Source of the DNA: a virus
Lineage: Duplodnaviria > Caudoviricetes
Strand: one strand, 5' to 3'
Virus record (IMG/VR): IMGVR_UViG_3300033121_001713
Span: 35,475-99,474 of that record
Length of the DNA stretch: 64,000 nucleotides
The number at the start of each line of letters is the position of its first letter. Position 1 is the stretch's first letter. A program made the translations under genes and the position numbers. Positions 63,993 to 64,000 of this stretch are shown piece after piece. The notes beneath the pieces are model-generated. The model searched no databases. It worked only from the letters and a program-made list of their open reading frames with translations, and was not told the origin of the DNA.

Positions 63993-64000
63993 GCCAATAA

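Noticed and set aside
1-64000. Alternative genetic code (stop-codon reassignment), seen in some jumbo phages
   Set aside because: Conserved genes are full length in the standard code, and TAA, TAG and TGA all end genes at expected positions.
1-64000. tRNA genes, CRISPR arrays, introns, inteins
   Set aside because: No cloverleaf or T-loop signatures in the short intergenic gaps, no regularly spaced repeats; terminase, topoisomerase and ThyA are uninterrupted and the endonucleases are free-standing.

Overview
A 64-kb fragment of a large T4-like (myovirus-type) jumbo phage genome. It is read in the standard genetic code and almost all genes are on the + strand. Virion genes: end of a prohead scaffold, gp23 major capsid, gp14-like neck, gp16/gp17 terminase, gp18 sheath, gp19 tube, gp26/gp51-like hub chaperones and a 1394-aa tape measure. 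Replication and nucleotide genes: clamp loader, 5'-3' exonuclease, both type II topoisomerase subunits, ThyA, PhoH and a sigma factor. Mobile elements: four GIY-YIG-like and one HNH homing endonuclease. Accessory loci: a RimK-protease fusion, a ~9-kb sugar/glycosyltransferase cluster with a colitose-type signature plus two outlying glycosyltransferases, and an NAD+ rebuilding locus (Prs-like + NAMPT-like) followed by two nucleotidyltransferases. Two promoter classes are visible by eye: Bacteroidota-type TAnnTTTG elements (suggesting a Bacteroidota host) and a recurrent phage motif NATA(C/G)ATA(G/C) before late genes. The most notable unexplained signals are a candidate +1 frameshift joining the hub-chaperone ORFs before the tape measure, a family of capsid-targeted cargo proteins including an apparent protease-processed polyprotein, and G-[A/S/P]-[T/S] motifs in virion proteins that may be acceptor sites for the phage glycosylation machinery. 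All assignments come from motif recognition by eye; no database searches were run.
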